The notes under the pieces: generated by a model
What the model was told of the DNA's origin: nothing
Databases searched by the model: none
The model's input: only the letters and a program-made list of their open reading frames with translations
Assembly (NCBI GenBank): GCA_964250455.1
Contig: CAXUFL010000050.1
Span: forward strand, 1-33,362
Origin: an uncultured bacterium
GTDB lineage: Bacteria; Cyanobacteriota; Cyanobacteriia; Leptolyngbyales; Leptolyngbyaceae
Direction of reading: 5' to 3'
Length of the DNA stretch: 33,362 nt
Program-made: the position numbers and the translations under genes
Shown here: piece by piece, positions 1-8,495 of the stretch
Layout of the letters: each line of letters opens with the position of its first letter
How positions within the stretch are numbered: the stretch's first letter is position 1

Positions 1-72
1 CCTAAGTCGTGAGTCTTAGGAATCACCGCACTTCTAGGGCGGTGAGGATGTCAAAACGTCAGTTTCGATGAG

Positions 73-190
73 CCTGGCGACTGAAGGCGCGGCTACACAG
101 ACGAAGTGCGCCTCCGCGCACTAACAGCCATTGGGATAGAGCAACCCGATAAAGGCGGGTTTTGTCTGTCTAGCCGCGTAGCCGCTCGTC
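73..190. repeat. Copy A of an imperfect-palindromic dispersed repeat (hairpin-forming; MITE/REP-like or structured sRNA)
   Basis: Left arm 84..113 (gaaggcgcggctacacagacgaagtgcgcc) pairs imperfectly with right arm 154..190. An inner hairpin aacccg-ataaagg-cgggtt lies at 145..165. 27 of 30 positions match copy B (8204..8233). The leading 12-mer gcctggcgactg also occurs at 33282. Confidence 0.4.
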
Positions 191-397
191 TCTTGCAAAG
201 CTAATATCAATCGCCAGAGCGCATTTTATCCAGAACTCCTAAGAAACAAATTGTGGATGAAGGACTAAAACCGATCAGCCGCAAAACGTTTCTTTCGCCC
301 TTCTCGCAGGTGCGCCTGCGTTGGAGACTCAGGTAATGATACAGAAGTGCAAAGGGTTTTACCCGCTTCGGTCGAACTGGCGCTAATGATAGAACAA

Positions 398-1477
398 CTA
401 CAAGGCAGCTACGATCGCATCGCCCATTGCCTGACACCCGACCCGTGTTTGACCGTCAGACATAATATCGCCAGTTCGATAGCCTTGATCTAAAACCTTG
501 AGAACAGCTTGTTCGATTTGGGTCGCAGCAGCAGCTTGATTTAAGCTATAGCGCAACATCATTGCTGCGCTGAGAATTTGCGCCAATGGATTCGCTTTAT
601 CTTGTCCAGCAATATCGGGCGCGGAGCCGTGGACAGGTTCATACAATCCTAAGCCCGATGTGCCTAAACTTGCAGAAGGCAACATGCCAATACTTCCCGT
701 GAGCATTGCGGCGGCGTCAGAAAGAATGTCTCCGAATAAATTGCTAGTGACGATCGTATCAAACTGCTTTGGAGCGCGAACAAGCTGCATTGCGGCGGCA
801 TCAACGTATAAATGAGAAAGTTCGACGTCCGGGTAATCGGCGGCTAAAGCGGTGATGCGATCGCGCCACAGTTGCGACACTTCGAGCACGTTGGATTTAT
901 CCACCGAGCAAAGTTTGCGCGTGCGTTTACGAGCGGTTTCAAAAGCAACGCGACCGATGCGATCGATTTCCGATTCGGTGTACGCCATTGTATTAACGCC
1001 GCGCTTTTCCCCGGTTTCGCTGGTAAAAATTCCTCGCGGCTGTCCAAAATAAATGCCGCCAGTTAGTTCGCGCACCACCATAATATCGACGCCTTCAACA
1101 ACTTCACGTTTTAAGGTAGAGGCATCGACTAGCTGCGGCAAAATCATCGCGGGGCGCAGGTTGGCGAATAGCCCTAAGCTAGAACGAAGCTTTAGTAATC
1201 CGGTTTCTGGGCGTTGCTGGCGAGGCAGCGTATCCCATTTGTAGCCGCCGATCGCCGCGAGTAAAACCGAATCGCTGTTTTTGCAGTCGTCGAGCGTGGC
1301 CGGGGGAAGCGGTTCTCCGGTGGCATCGATCGCGGCTCCGCCCAACAGCGCTTCTTGAAACTCAAAGGTGAGATTGCAGTTCTGCGCGATCGTTTTCAAA
1401 ACGCGAACGGCAACCGACATAATTTCAGGGCCAATGCCATCGCCAGGAAGAAGCGTGATACGGTACTGCTGCGCCAT
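398..1477 (-). CDS. leuB: 3-isopropylmalate dehydrogenase
   Basis: The N-terminus [19 protein letters not shown] is typical of LeuB. The ATG is at 1477..1475; the track's extended TTG start at 1501 is less likely. Full-length isocitrate/isopropylmalate dehydrogenase-family fold (359 aa). Confidence 0.9.
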   Translation of the reverse strand: MAQQYRITLLPGDGIGPEIMSVAVRVLKTIAQNCNLTFEFQEALLGGAAIDATGEPLPPATLDDCKNSDSVLLAAIGGYKWDTLPRQQRPETGLLKLRSSLGLFANLRPAMILPQLVDASTLKREVVEGVDIMVVRELTGGIYFGQPRGIFTSETGEKRGVNTMAYTESEIDRIGRVAFETARKRTRKLCSVDKSNVLEVSQLWRDRITALAADYPDVELSHLYVDAAAMQLVRAPKQFDTIVTSNLFGDILSDAAAMLTGSIGMLPSASLGTSGLGLYEPVHGSAPDIAGQDKANPLAQILSAAMMLRYSLNQAAAATQIEQAVLKVLDQGYRTGDIMSDGQTRVGCQAMGDAIVAAL

Positions 1478-1602
1478 AACTCTGTAAAGAAGACTGCGCA
1501 AAGGATCATAGCGTATCTGCCGGACTTATTAATTTTAAGCCTTGTTTTTCAGAATCAGCAAAAATTTGGCTACTCTAGAATCGCTATGACAATTTGAATG
1601 GT

Positions 1603-2064
1603 ATGAGAAAAAAGCGGGCGTTCGGACTGATTGCGATCGTACTTTACAAAGCGTTTGTAGCGACGTTATTGGCGATAACGTCGATCGCGCTTTTACTAGC
1701 ATTAAAAAACTATGATGAGCTTTTGTTGTTTTCGCTGTCTTACACGCTTGAAGGAAAATCGCAGCTTATCGATTGGGTGCTCGATAAGATTCTTAATATC
1801 AGTCCTAGAACGTTGAGATTTAGCGGAATTGGGGCGGCGGCATACGCAGCGATCACCGCCGTTGAAGCGATCGGGCTTTGGTATGAAAAACGCTGGGCGC
1901 ACGTTTTAGTGTTGCTGCTGGTTGGAATTAGCATTCCACCGGAGATTTACGAGTTATTCAAAGGATTTTCGCTGCTCAAACTTGCTGTGTTTGTGATCAA
2001 TTTAGCGGTATTTGCTTATCTGCTCCGAAGTTTTCCAAAAGCGCAACACACCCCAGAAGCCTAA
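1603..2064 (+). CDS. DUF2127-like small membrane protein
   Basis: Hydrophobic N-terminus GLIAIVLYKAF. It contains the motifs LEGKSQLIDWVLDKILNISPRTLRFSGI and ISIPPEIYEL, typical of the cyanobacterial DUF2127 family. ATG at 1603; the track start at 1594 is TTG. Confidence 0.6.
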   Translation: MRKKRAFGLIAIVLYKAFVATLLAITSIALLLALKNYDELLLFSLSYTLEGKSQLIDWVLDKILNISPRTLRFSGIGAAAYAAITAVEAIGLWYEKRWAHVLVLLLVGISIPPEIYELFKGFSLLKLAVFVINLAVFAYLLRSFPKAQHTPEA

Positions 2065-2546
2065 ACTTTTCGACCTAAAATCACCACATCCAACCGGATG
2101 TTTTCTGCTTGCGCAACCTGCGGCAAAAATCCCCACTGCTCAAACTCAAACTGTTTTAGCAATTGAATACTCGGTCGATTCTGCGCGTATACAATTCCTA
2201 AAAGCGTTGAAAGTCCCAGTGTAGGACTCAGATCGATTGCGTGCTGCACTAATTTTCTGCCAACTCCTTGCCGACGGTAAGCTGGAGCAATATAAAGGCT
2301 AATTTCTGCGGTTGCATGGTAAGCGGGTCTGCCGTAAAACGTTTGAAATCCCAGCCAGCCTGCGATCGTGCCTTGATCCTCAACGACCCAAAGCGGACAG
2401 TGATTCGGTGAATGAGCATGAAACCAAGCCAGTCGGCTCTCAACGGCGATCGGCTCTAAATCGGCTGTGATCGTGCGATCGGGAACCGCGCTGTTATAAA
2501 TTTCAACGATCGCGCTTAAATCTGCTTCGATAGCGTCTCGAATCAT
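2061..2546 (-). CDS. GNAT family N-acetyltransferase (phosphinothricin-acetyltransferase-like)
   Basis: MIRDAIEADLSAIVEIYN begins the protein and RRQGVGRKL is an acetyl-CoA-binding motif. The ATG at 2546..2544 overlaps the cutA stop in the sequence ATGA. Confidence 0.8.
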   Translation of the reverse strand: MIRDAIEADLSAIVEIYNSAVPDRTITADLEPIAVESRLAWFHAHSPNHCPLWVVEDQGTIAGWLGFQTFYGRPAYHATAEISLYIAPAYRRQGVGRKLVQHAIDLSPTLGLSTLLGIVYAQNRPSIQLLKQFEFEQWGFLPQVAQAENIRLDVVILGRKV

Positions 2547-2875
2547 TCTGGCTTCACCTGCTGAGAAATCCACTGCAAATACGGCTCTGATCCTGCAACG
2601 ATCGGGAGTGCAATAATTTCTGGAACTTCGTATGAATGCAGTTGCCGAATTTTTGCTTCTAATTCAGCAAAGCGATCGAGCGTGGATTTAATTAAAAGCT
2701 GCCATTCGGGATCGTTGTGTATCGCGCCTTGCCAGGTATAAATAGAATGCACCGGAAGTAAGGTGACACAGGCGGCGAGTTGCGCAGAAAGTAAAGAGTG
2801 TGCAATCGTGTCTGCTTCTTGGCGCGTCGGAACGGTAGTTAAAATCACGCCGTATTGATTTATCGCGTCGGTCAT
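2543..2875 (-). CDS. cutA: Divalent-cation tolerance protein CutA
   Basis: A 110-aa protein with conserved CutA1 signatures: VPTRQEADTIAHSLLSAQLAACVTLLPVHSIYTWQG and EWQLLIKST. Confidence 0.8.
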   Translation of the reverse strand: MTDAINQYGVILTTVPTRQEADTIAHSLLSAQLAACVTLLPVHSIYTWQGAIHNDPEWQLLIKSTLDRFAELEAKIRQLHSYEVPEIIALPIVAGSEPYLQWISQQVKPE

Positions 2876-2948
2876 TGCCTTTTAAGATAAGGGTGCATTC
2901 GTAGTTTAGCGATGCGGTTTTACGATCGAGAGAGTCAGTCAAACTTTT

Positions 2949-3626
2949 ATGAGCAAAAAAATTGCGTTAACGCTGTTATGGGTTGGATTGGTCGGGTATG
3001 CTTTTTTGCTGGCACCGCCCAATCAACCCGACACGTTTGAATTGATCAAGCGCCTTTCTACCGCAAACATTACCGGAATTAACCCCTTAGTTGTGGCGTT
3101 GTTTAACATCATGGGTGTGTTTCCGATGGTGTATGGTTGCCTTGCATTTCTCGATGGTCGAGGACAAAAGCTTCCAGCTTGGTTGTTTGTCTCGGCGTCG
3201 TTTGGGGTCGGAGCGTTTTCGCTGCTGCCGTATTTGATTTTTCGCCAACCGAATCCAAGATTCAATGGCACCAAGAATTGGTTTCTTAACATTTTAGATT
3301 CTCGAATCGTTGGCGCGTTGATTGCGATCGGGGGAGCGGCTTTATTTATTTATGGTGTGACTCAGGGTGATTGGCGCGATTTTGCGCAGCAGTGGCAAAC
3401 CGATCGCTTTATTCATGTGATGAGTTTAGATTTTTGTATGCTGTGTGCGGTGTTTCCAGTGTTACTAAAAGATGACATGGCGCGACGCGGTTGGACGGAT
3501 TCGCGATCGTTCTGGATTTTTTCGCTGATTCCGTTTTTAGGCGCGTTGGCGTATTTGGCGCTGCGTCCGCCAACGATCGAACAGACTGAATCGACAATCC
3601 ATTCTGCTGCAAAAGTGTCTGCGTAG
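2949..3626 (+). CDS. Hypothetical integral membrane protein
   Basis: 225-aa ORF with an ATG start and at least five hydrophobic helices. Family not recognised. Confidence 0.5.
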   Translation: MSKKIALTLLWVGLVGYAFLLAPPNQPDTFELIKRLSTANITGINPLVVALFNIMGVFPMVYGCLAFLDGRGQKLPAWLFVSASFGVGAFSLLPYLIFRQPNPRFNGTKNWFLNILDSRIVGALIAIGGAALFIYGVTQGDWRDFAQQWQTDRFIHVMSLDFCMLCAVFPVLLKDDMARRGWTDSRSFWIFSLIPFLGALAYLALRPPTIEQTESTIHSAAKVSA

Positions 3627-3629
3627 CTA

Positions 3630-4283
3630 ATGGAGTTAAAAGCGTTTGAAGTCCACGTTTGGCAAGCGCGATTGAATGTTTCAACTGCGCCGTTTGTTGA
3701 ATTATTGTCGATCGATGAGCGCGATCGCGCTGATCGATTTAAGTTTGAGCATCATCGTCAGCGATTTGTTGCAGGGCGAGGAATTTTACGATCCATTCTC
3801 GCTCAATACTTAAACACAAATCCCCAGGATTTAAAGTTTAGCTACCAGCCGCAGGGTAAGCCGTTTCTTGATCAATCTTTGCAGTTTAATTTGGCACATT
3901 CTGAAGATTTGGCGTTAATTGCTGTAACGCTCGATCGACCTGTCGGAATCGATGTCGAAGCGATTCGAGCGATTGAAAATTTAGAAGCATTAGCGCAACG
4001 GTTTTTTACTTCGACTGAATATGAAGCGATTTGTCAAACGCAGATTGAAGCGCGGTCTCGCTTATTCTTTCGATACTGGACTTGCAAAGAAGCGATTCTA
4101 AAAGCGACCGGAGCAGGATTATCAAATTTAAACGGATTAGAAATCAAAACACTTCCCGATCCTGAAAGCAGAGTTGACAACTGGATTTTAAGAGAAATTC
4201 CAACAAAGCCTGATTTCGTCGGCACGATCGCGGTTACATATCAATCCGAAGCGTTACAGTTTGAATCGTTCTTTTTTAATTGA
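3630..4283 (+). CDS. 4'-phosphopantetheinyl transferase (Sfp/HetI type)
   Basis: It carries the PPTase motifs VGIDVE (Mg-binding) and FSTKEA-like FFRYWTCKEAILKATGAGL. ATG 4 nt after the upstream stop. Confidence 0.75.
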   Translation: MELKAFEVHVWQARLNVSTAPFVELLSIDERDRADRFKFEHHRQRFVAGRGILRSILAQYLNTNPQDLKFSYQPQGKPFLDQSLQFNLAHSEDLALIAVTLDRPVGIDVEAIRAIENLEALAQRFFTSTEYEAICQTQIEARSRLFFRYWTCKEAILKATGAGLSNLNGLEIKTLPDPESRVDNWILREIPTKPDFVGTIAVTYQSEALQFESFFFN

Positions 4284-4371
4284 AAAAAATCTTTCATCGG
4301 TCAGATGTCCAATTTCTGAAAGTCGTTCAATACTAAGTCAGTTTGCGCTTTACTTTTTCACTACCAAAAAT

Positions 4372-6051
4372 ATGGCAGCTTCTATTGAATTTAATTTATT
4401 TGCGCCACGAAACGAAGCCGTAAGTTTAATTGGATCGTTTTCAGATTGGCAAGAAATTCCAATGCAAAAAGGCGAAGACGGATATTTCCGGGTCAATGTT
4501 GATCTAGAAGACGGCGTTTATCAATACAAGCTGCGCGTTAAATCAAACAGTCCTAATCTTAAGAATCAATGGGTGGATGTTGACGATCCTTATATGGTCG
4601 AAATGGATCGTAAAAGTGGAAATGGAATTGCGCGAGTTAAAGAAGGAAAACGTGTTTTAGATACCTATGCTTGGCAGCATGACGATCGATCGCTTCCGCC
4701 GAATCAAGACTTAATTATTTATGAAATGCACGTCGCTGATTTCTGTGGAAAGGGAACCGCGATCGACGACCCAACAAAGTTTAAAAAAGTCAGCAGCAAA
4801 CTCGATTACCTAAGCGAATTAGGAATTAACGCGATCGCGCTCATGCCGTTGACCGAATACGATGGAGACTATCGTTGGGGCTATATGCCTCGCTATTTCT
4901 TCGCTTTAGAAAGCAGCTACGGAAAGCCCGCAGACTTCAAACAATTAGTTGATGAATGTCACGCAAGAGGCATTCGGGTTTTTATTGATTTGATTTTCAA
5001 TCATACTAATGATCCAAGTCCGTTGTTGCAGATCGATCGTGATTATTGGTACTACCACGATCGGCATTATCCCGATGATGATGCGAACTATTGGGGCCCT
5101 GAATTAAGCTACGAAAACTACGACGAAGAACGGAATATTCACCCAACTTGGAATTTTGTTCGCGATGTTGTGCAATTTTGGATTCGTGAATATCATATCG
5201 ATGGAATTCGTTATGATGCGGTGCGGCAAATTGCCGATTATGAATTCTTCGGCTGGCTGTTTGAGCAAGCCAAAGACGCAACGGCGAATAAACCGTTTTA
5301 TCAAATTGCTGAACACATTCCAGATACCAGCGAAATTGTTCAGCCCAAAGGTGTTTTTCAAGGATGCTGGCATGAAAGTTTTCGGTACTTTTTGAAAGAT
5401 GCTTTAACCGGAGAATCGCTGAATATTGCAGAATTAAAATCTGCGATCGACGCCAGACAACAAGGCTATTCAACGCTAACGAATGTGATTAACTATCTAG
5501 CAACGCACGATCGCGAACACATGATCGTAGAGTTAGGCGATAAAGGAATTTTCGATAAGCCTGCGTTCGATCGCGTTAAGTGCGGTGCTGTTTTACAAAT
5601 GACTGCGCCTGGAATTCCGATGCTGTGGATGGGCGATGAAATCGGACAATACACCCACAAAACACAAACCACTTCTGAACCAAATCAAATTGATTGGTCG
5701 CTGCTTGAGCAGGACTTAAACCAAGATTTGTTTCAGTTCTACAAGCGTCTGATTGCTTTACGTAAAGAAAAACTTTCGCTGCACACTGACAACATTGCAT
5801 TCTTTTTTGAGAACGAAGCTGACAAACTATTGGCGTTTGTGCGCTGGACAGATAGCGGAGAACGAGTCGTTGTCATTGTGAATTTCTCTGATCAATCTTA
5901 CGAGCATTACACGATTCCAAACTATCCGATCGACGGCACTTGGAAAATTTGGAATAGCAATCAATCGATCGATGCGAAGAATGGAGAGGTTGCGGTCAAT
6001 CTTCCCAGTTTCACCGCACAGATTTTGCTGCAAGAAGCGCCTGACAAATAA
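4372..6051 (+). CDS. GH13 alpha-amylase-family glycoside hydrolase with N-terminal CBM48/E-set-like module
   Basis: GH13 conserved regions DLIFNHT, GIRYDAVRQI, YQIAEHIPD and YLATHDRE are present. The N-terminal roughly 90 aa is a beta-sandwich-like segment (FNLFAPRNEAVSLIGSFSDWQE...YQYKLRV). The ATG at 4372 is preferred over the track's TTG at 4261. Confidence 0.8.
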   Translation: MAASIEFNLFAPRNEAVSLIGSFSDWQEIPMQKGEDGYFRVNVDLEDGVYQYKLRVKSNSPNLKNQWVDVDDPYMVEMDRKSGNGIARVKEGKRVLDTYAWQHDDRSLPPNQDLIIYEMHVADFCGKGTAIDDPTKFKKVSSKLDYLSELGINAIALMPLTEYDGDYRWGYMPRYFFALESSYGKPADFKQLVDECHARGIRVFIDLIFNHTNDPSPLLQIDRDYWYYHDRHYPDDDANYWGPELSYENYDEERNIHPTWNFVRDVVQFWIREYHIDGIRYDAVRQIADYEFFGWLFEQAKDATANKPFYQIAEHIPDTSEIVQPKGVFQGCWHESFRYFLKDALTGESLNIAELKSAIDARQQGYSTLTNVINYLATHDREHMIVELGDKGIFDKPAFDRVKCGAVLQMTAPGIPMLWMGDEIGQYTHKTQTTSEPNQIDWSLLEQDLNQDLFQFYKRLIALRKEKLSLHTDNIAFFFENEADKLLAFVRWTDSGERVVVIVNFSDQSYEHYTIPNYPIDGTWKIWNSNQSIDAKNGEVAVNLPSFTAQILLQEAPDK

Positions 6052-6490
6052 AATTGTGGCTGCACAACCGAAACCTGTAACTGGTTCAAGACACGATCGA
6101 TTAACTACCCTGCTCTACCGACTTGATTTTGTACATTCAAAATGGTTGCAGTTTAAATTCCTGGGGATTGCTTCCTAAAACGTGCTGCCACACCCGCTTA
6201 GAAAACAAAACCGCAAATGGTAACATCAAGGTTAAAAAGGTTTTTGCTGCATCAGAACTCATTCAACAGGCTTGCTCTAATTTTGCTACCTTTTCTACTG
6301 ATCAAATGGATAAAGTCGAGCTAAAAACTGACGCTCTGATTGATCGTGCAACGTAACCGCCTTCAGACTCAATTAAAACAATTTCGCGCCTCTTCCGGCT
6401 ATAAGCAACGCCATCGCTGATCTTATGATTCTCGCGTTGTCGTGTCACCGTGAACCCGTAAGATGTTGATGGAGTGTCGAAACATATACC

Positions 6491-7672
6491 GTGAAAGCAA
6501 TATCCCTTCTTGGTTCAACCGGATCGATCGGGACTCAAACCCTTGATATCGTCGCCGAATCCCCGGAGCAGTTTCGCATTGTCGGCATGGCAGCCGGACG
6601 CAACGTCGAACTGTTTGCACAGCAAATTCGCACCTTTCGCCCTGAAATTGTCGCCATTTGTGACGAAAGCAAATACGAAGACCTCAAAACTGCGATCGCC
6701 GATCTCGATCCGCAGCCGATTCTTTTAGCAGGCGAACAAGGTGTCGTCGAAGTGGCGCGGTATGGCGATGCCGAGGTCGTTGTAACCGGAATTGTGGGCT
6801 GTGCGGGATTGTTGCCGACGATCGCGGCGATCGAAGCCAAGAAAAATATTGCCCTCGCGAATAAAGAAACGCTGATTGCGGGCGCACCCGTTGTTTTACC
6901 GCTCGTTCAAAAACACGGTGTAAAACTATTGCCTGCGGATTCTGAACACTCTGCAATTTTTCAATGTTTGCAAGGCATTCCTGACGGGGGTTTAAGAAAA
7001 ATTCTTCTCACCGCATCAGGCGGATCGTTTCGAGATTTGCCCGTTGAAAAACTGGCGTCTGTAACCGTTGCAGATGCACTCAAGCATCCAAACTGGACGA
7101 TGGGGCGCAAAATCACGATCGATTCCGCCACGCTAATGAACAAAGGCTTAGAAGTAATCGAAGCGCATTTCTTATTTGGAGCCGATTACGACAATATCGA
7201 AATCGTGATTCATCCGCAAAGCATTATTCACTCGCTAATTGAATTGCAGGATACCTCGGTGCTGGCGCAGTTAGGATGGGCCGATATGCGCCTGCCGTTG
7301 CTGTATGCGATGTCGTACCCCGATCGCATCTTCACCAACTGGGAACGCTTAGACCTTGTTAAAGTAGGAAGCTTGACATTCAGAGCGCCCGATCACGCGA
7401 AATATCCCTGTATGAAATTAGCGTATGCGGCGGGTCGTGCCGGAGGATGCATGCCTGCGGTGTTAAATGCGGCAAACGAGCAAGCCGTCGCCCTTTTTCT
7501 AGAAGAGAAAATTCAGTTCCTAGACATTCCGCGATTAATCGAGCAGGCGTGCGATCGTGCTTCGGCACAAAATCAATCGAATCCGAGTCTAAGCGATATT
7601 CTAGACGTCGATCGCTGGGCGCGTGAAATCGTCGAATCACTTAGCCAAACGCCGCCGCTTGTGCATCGCTAA
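6491..7672 (+). CDS. dxr: 1-deoxy-D-xylulose-5-phosphate reductoisomerase
   Basis: GTG start giving [21 protein letters not shown] (NADPH-binding GSTGSIG). Conserved [14 protein letters not shown] and SGGSFRD motifs. 393 aa. Confidence 0.9.
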   Translation: MKAISLLGSTGSIGTQTLDIVAESPEQFRIVGMAAGRNVELFAQQIRTFRPEIVAICDESKYEDLKTAIADLDPQPILLAGEQGVVEVARYGDAEVVVTGIVGCAGLLPTIAAIEAKKNIALANKETLIAGAPVVLPLVQKHGVKLLPADSEHSAIFQCLQGIPDGGLRKILLTASGGSFRDLPVEKLASVTVADALKHPNWTMGRKITIDSATLMNKGLEVIEAHFLFGADYDNIEIVIHPQSIIHSLIELQDTSVLAQLGWADMRLPLLYAMSYPDRIFTNWERLDLVKVGSLTFRAPDHAKYPCMKLAYAAGRAGGCMPAVLNAANEQAVALFLEEKIQFLDIPRLIEQACDRASAQNQSNPSLSDILDVDRWAREIVESLSQTPPLVHR

Positions 7673-7733
7673 CCGGGAAAAGGGTTGAATTTGAAGCAAG
7701 AATTCACACAACGAAACATCTATTAAAGAATAT

Positions 7734-7768
7734 GGAAACCTTGAGAAAAATTTAGGTTTCCTTTGTTC
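7734..7768 (+). terminator. Candidate rho-independent terminator after dxr
   Basis: The 7-bp stem ggaaacc / ggtttcc is followed by tttgttc. The loop is long (14 nt), so only moderate confidence. Confidence 0.35.
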
Positions 7769-7881
7769 AAACCAAAAGATTCAATGCCATACTGAGTGCA
7801 ACTTGGTGATCGCAATTCACTCTTTTGATAGGTGACGCCAATCGCCCCCTTGTTATTCGCCGTTTACTCACACAGTCTGGC

Positions 7882-8085
7882 ATGAATCGCTCTCCTCAAG
7901 ATCGCTTTCCCTGGTGGGAATATCTCAACCAACCGTTGTTTGATTCACAGCAGCCGTTTATTCTTAGCCTGAGTGGATTTAGGCATCATCACCGCATTCG
8001 TCGCTTAGAGCGGTGTTGGCGTCATTCTGAGGTGCATTTGCTAGAGCATTGCTGGCGACAGGAACTCGACGAGAAAAATACTTGA
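7882..8085 (+). CDS. Hypothetical small protein (67 aa from ATG; the track's 86-aa version starts at TTG)
   Basis: An ORF only, His/Arg/Trp-rich (FRHHHRIRRLERCWRH), with no recognisable family. It lies in an 820-bp intergenic region. Confidence 0.2.
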   Translation: MNRSPQDRFPWWEYLNQPLFDSQQPFILSLSGFRHHHRIRRLERCWRHSEVHLLEHCWRQELDEKNT

Positions 8086-8188
8086 CACTCTTTTCACGTT
8101 TTTAATCTGCCGATCGACGCGGGCACCGTTTGTCGATCGGTTTGCGATCGTGTTTGAGCTTAATCAATCTAGATTTTGGGCCGATCGC

Positions 8189-8321
8189 CGTGTGTGTAGC
8201 GAAGGCGCGGTTACACAAACAAAGTTCACCTTCGTGGACCTCCTTGCTAGAAGCTGATCGATACTAACCCGCTTCGGGCGGGTTTCGTCTGCGTAACCGC
8301 GCCTTCGCCACGCACAGAGCA
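8189..8321. repeat. Copy B of the imperfect-palindromic dispersed repeat
   Basis: Arms 8189..8224 and 8283..8320 are reverse complements of each other, mismatching only at a few positions. An inner hairpin aacccgc-ttcgg-gcgggtt sits at about 8265..8283. The core gcgcggTtacaca / tgcgtaAccgcgc corresponds to copy A gcgcggCtacaca / tctaGccgcg. Confidence 0.45.
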
Positions 8322-8495
8322 ATCACCTAAACTTATCGATGTTAAGAAACGTTACAAAGTTAAGCAAACCAGAATCGACGACTGAAGGAATAGTAACCCA
8401 CGAAAAGCTTAAGATTTCCAAGCATCGAAAAATGCGCGGATAGCATAGAAACATCGGGTGGGTAAAAATTACGAACTACTTAGAGGATAAACAAA

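Noticed and set aside
73-84. The 12-mer gcctggcgactg recurring at 33282 as evidence of a repeat by itself
   Set aside because: A 12-mer recurrence is expected by chance in 33 kb. It is used only as supporting evidence alongside the palindrome architecture.
207-437. 76-aa minus-strand ORF overlapping the leuB 3' end and repeat copy A
   Set aside because: It overlaps leuB in another frame and the repeat element, and has no recognisable features. It is probably an artefact of GC-rich sequence.
6123-6356. 77-aa ORF in the dxr upstream region
   Set aside because: It has a TTG start, no ribosome-binding site and no recognisable family. It is kept only as a note in the findings.
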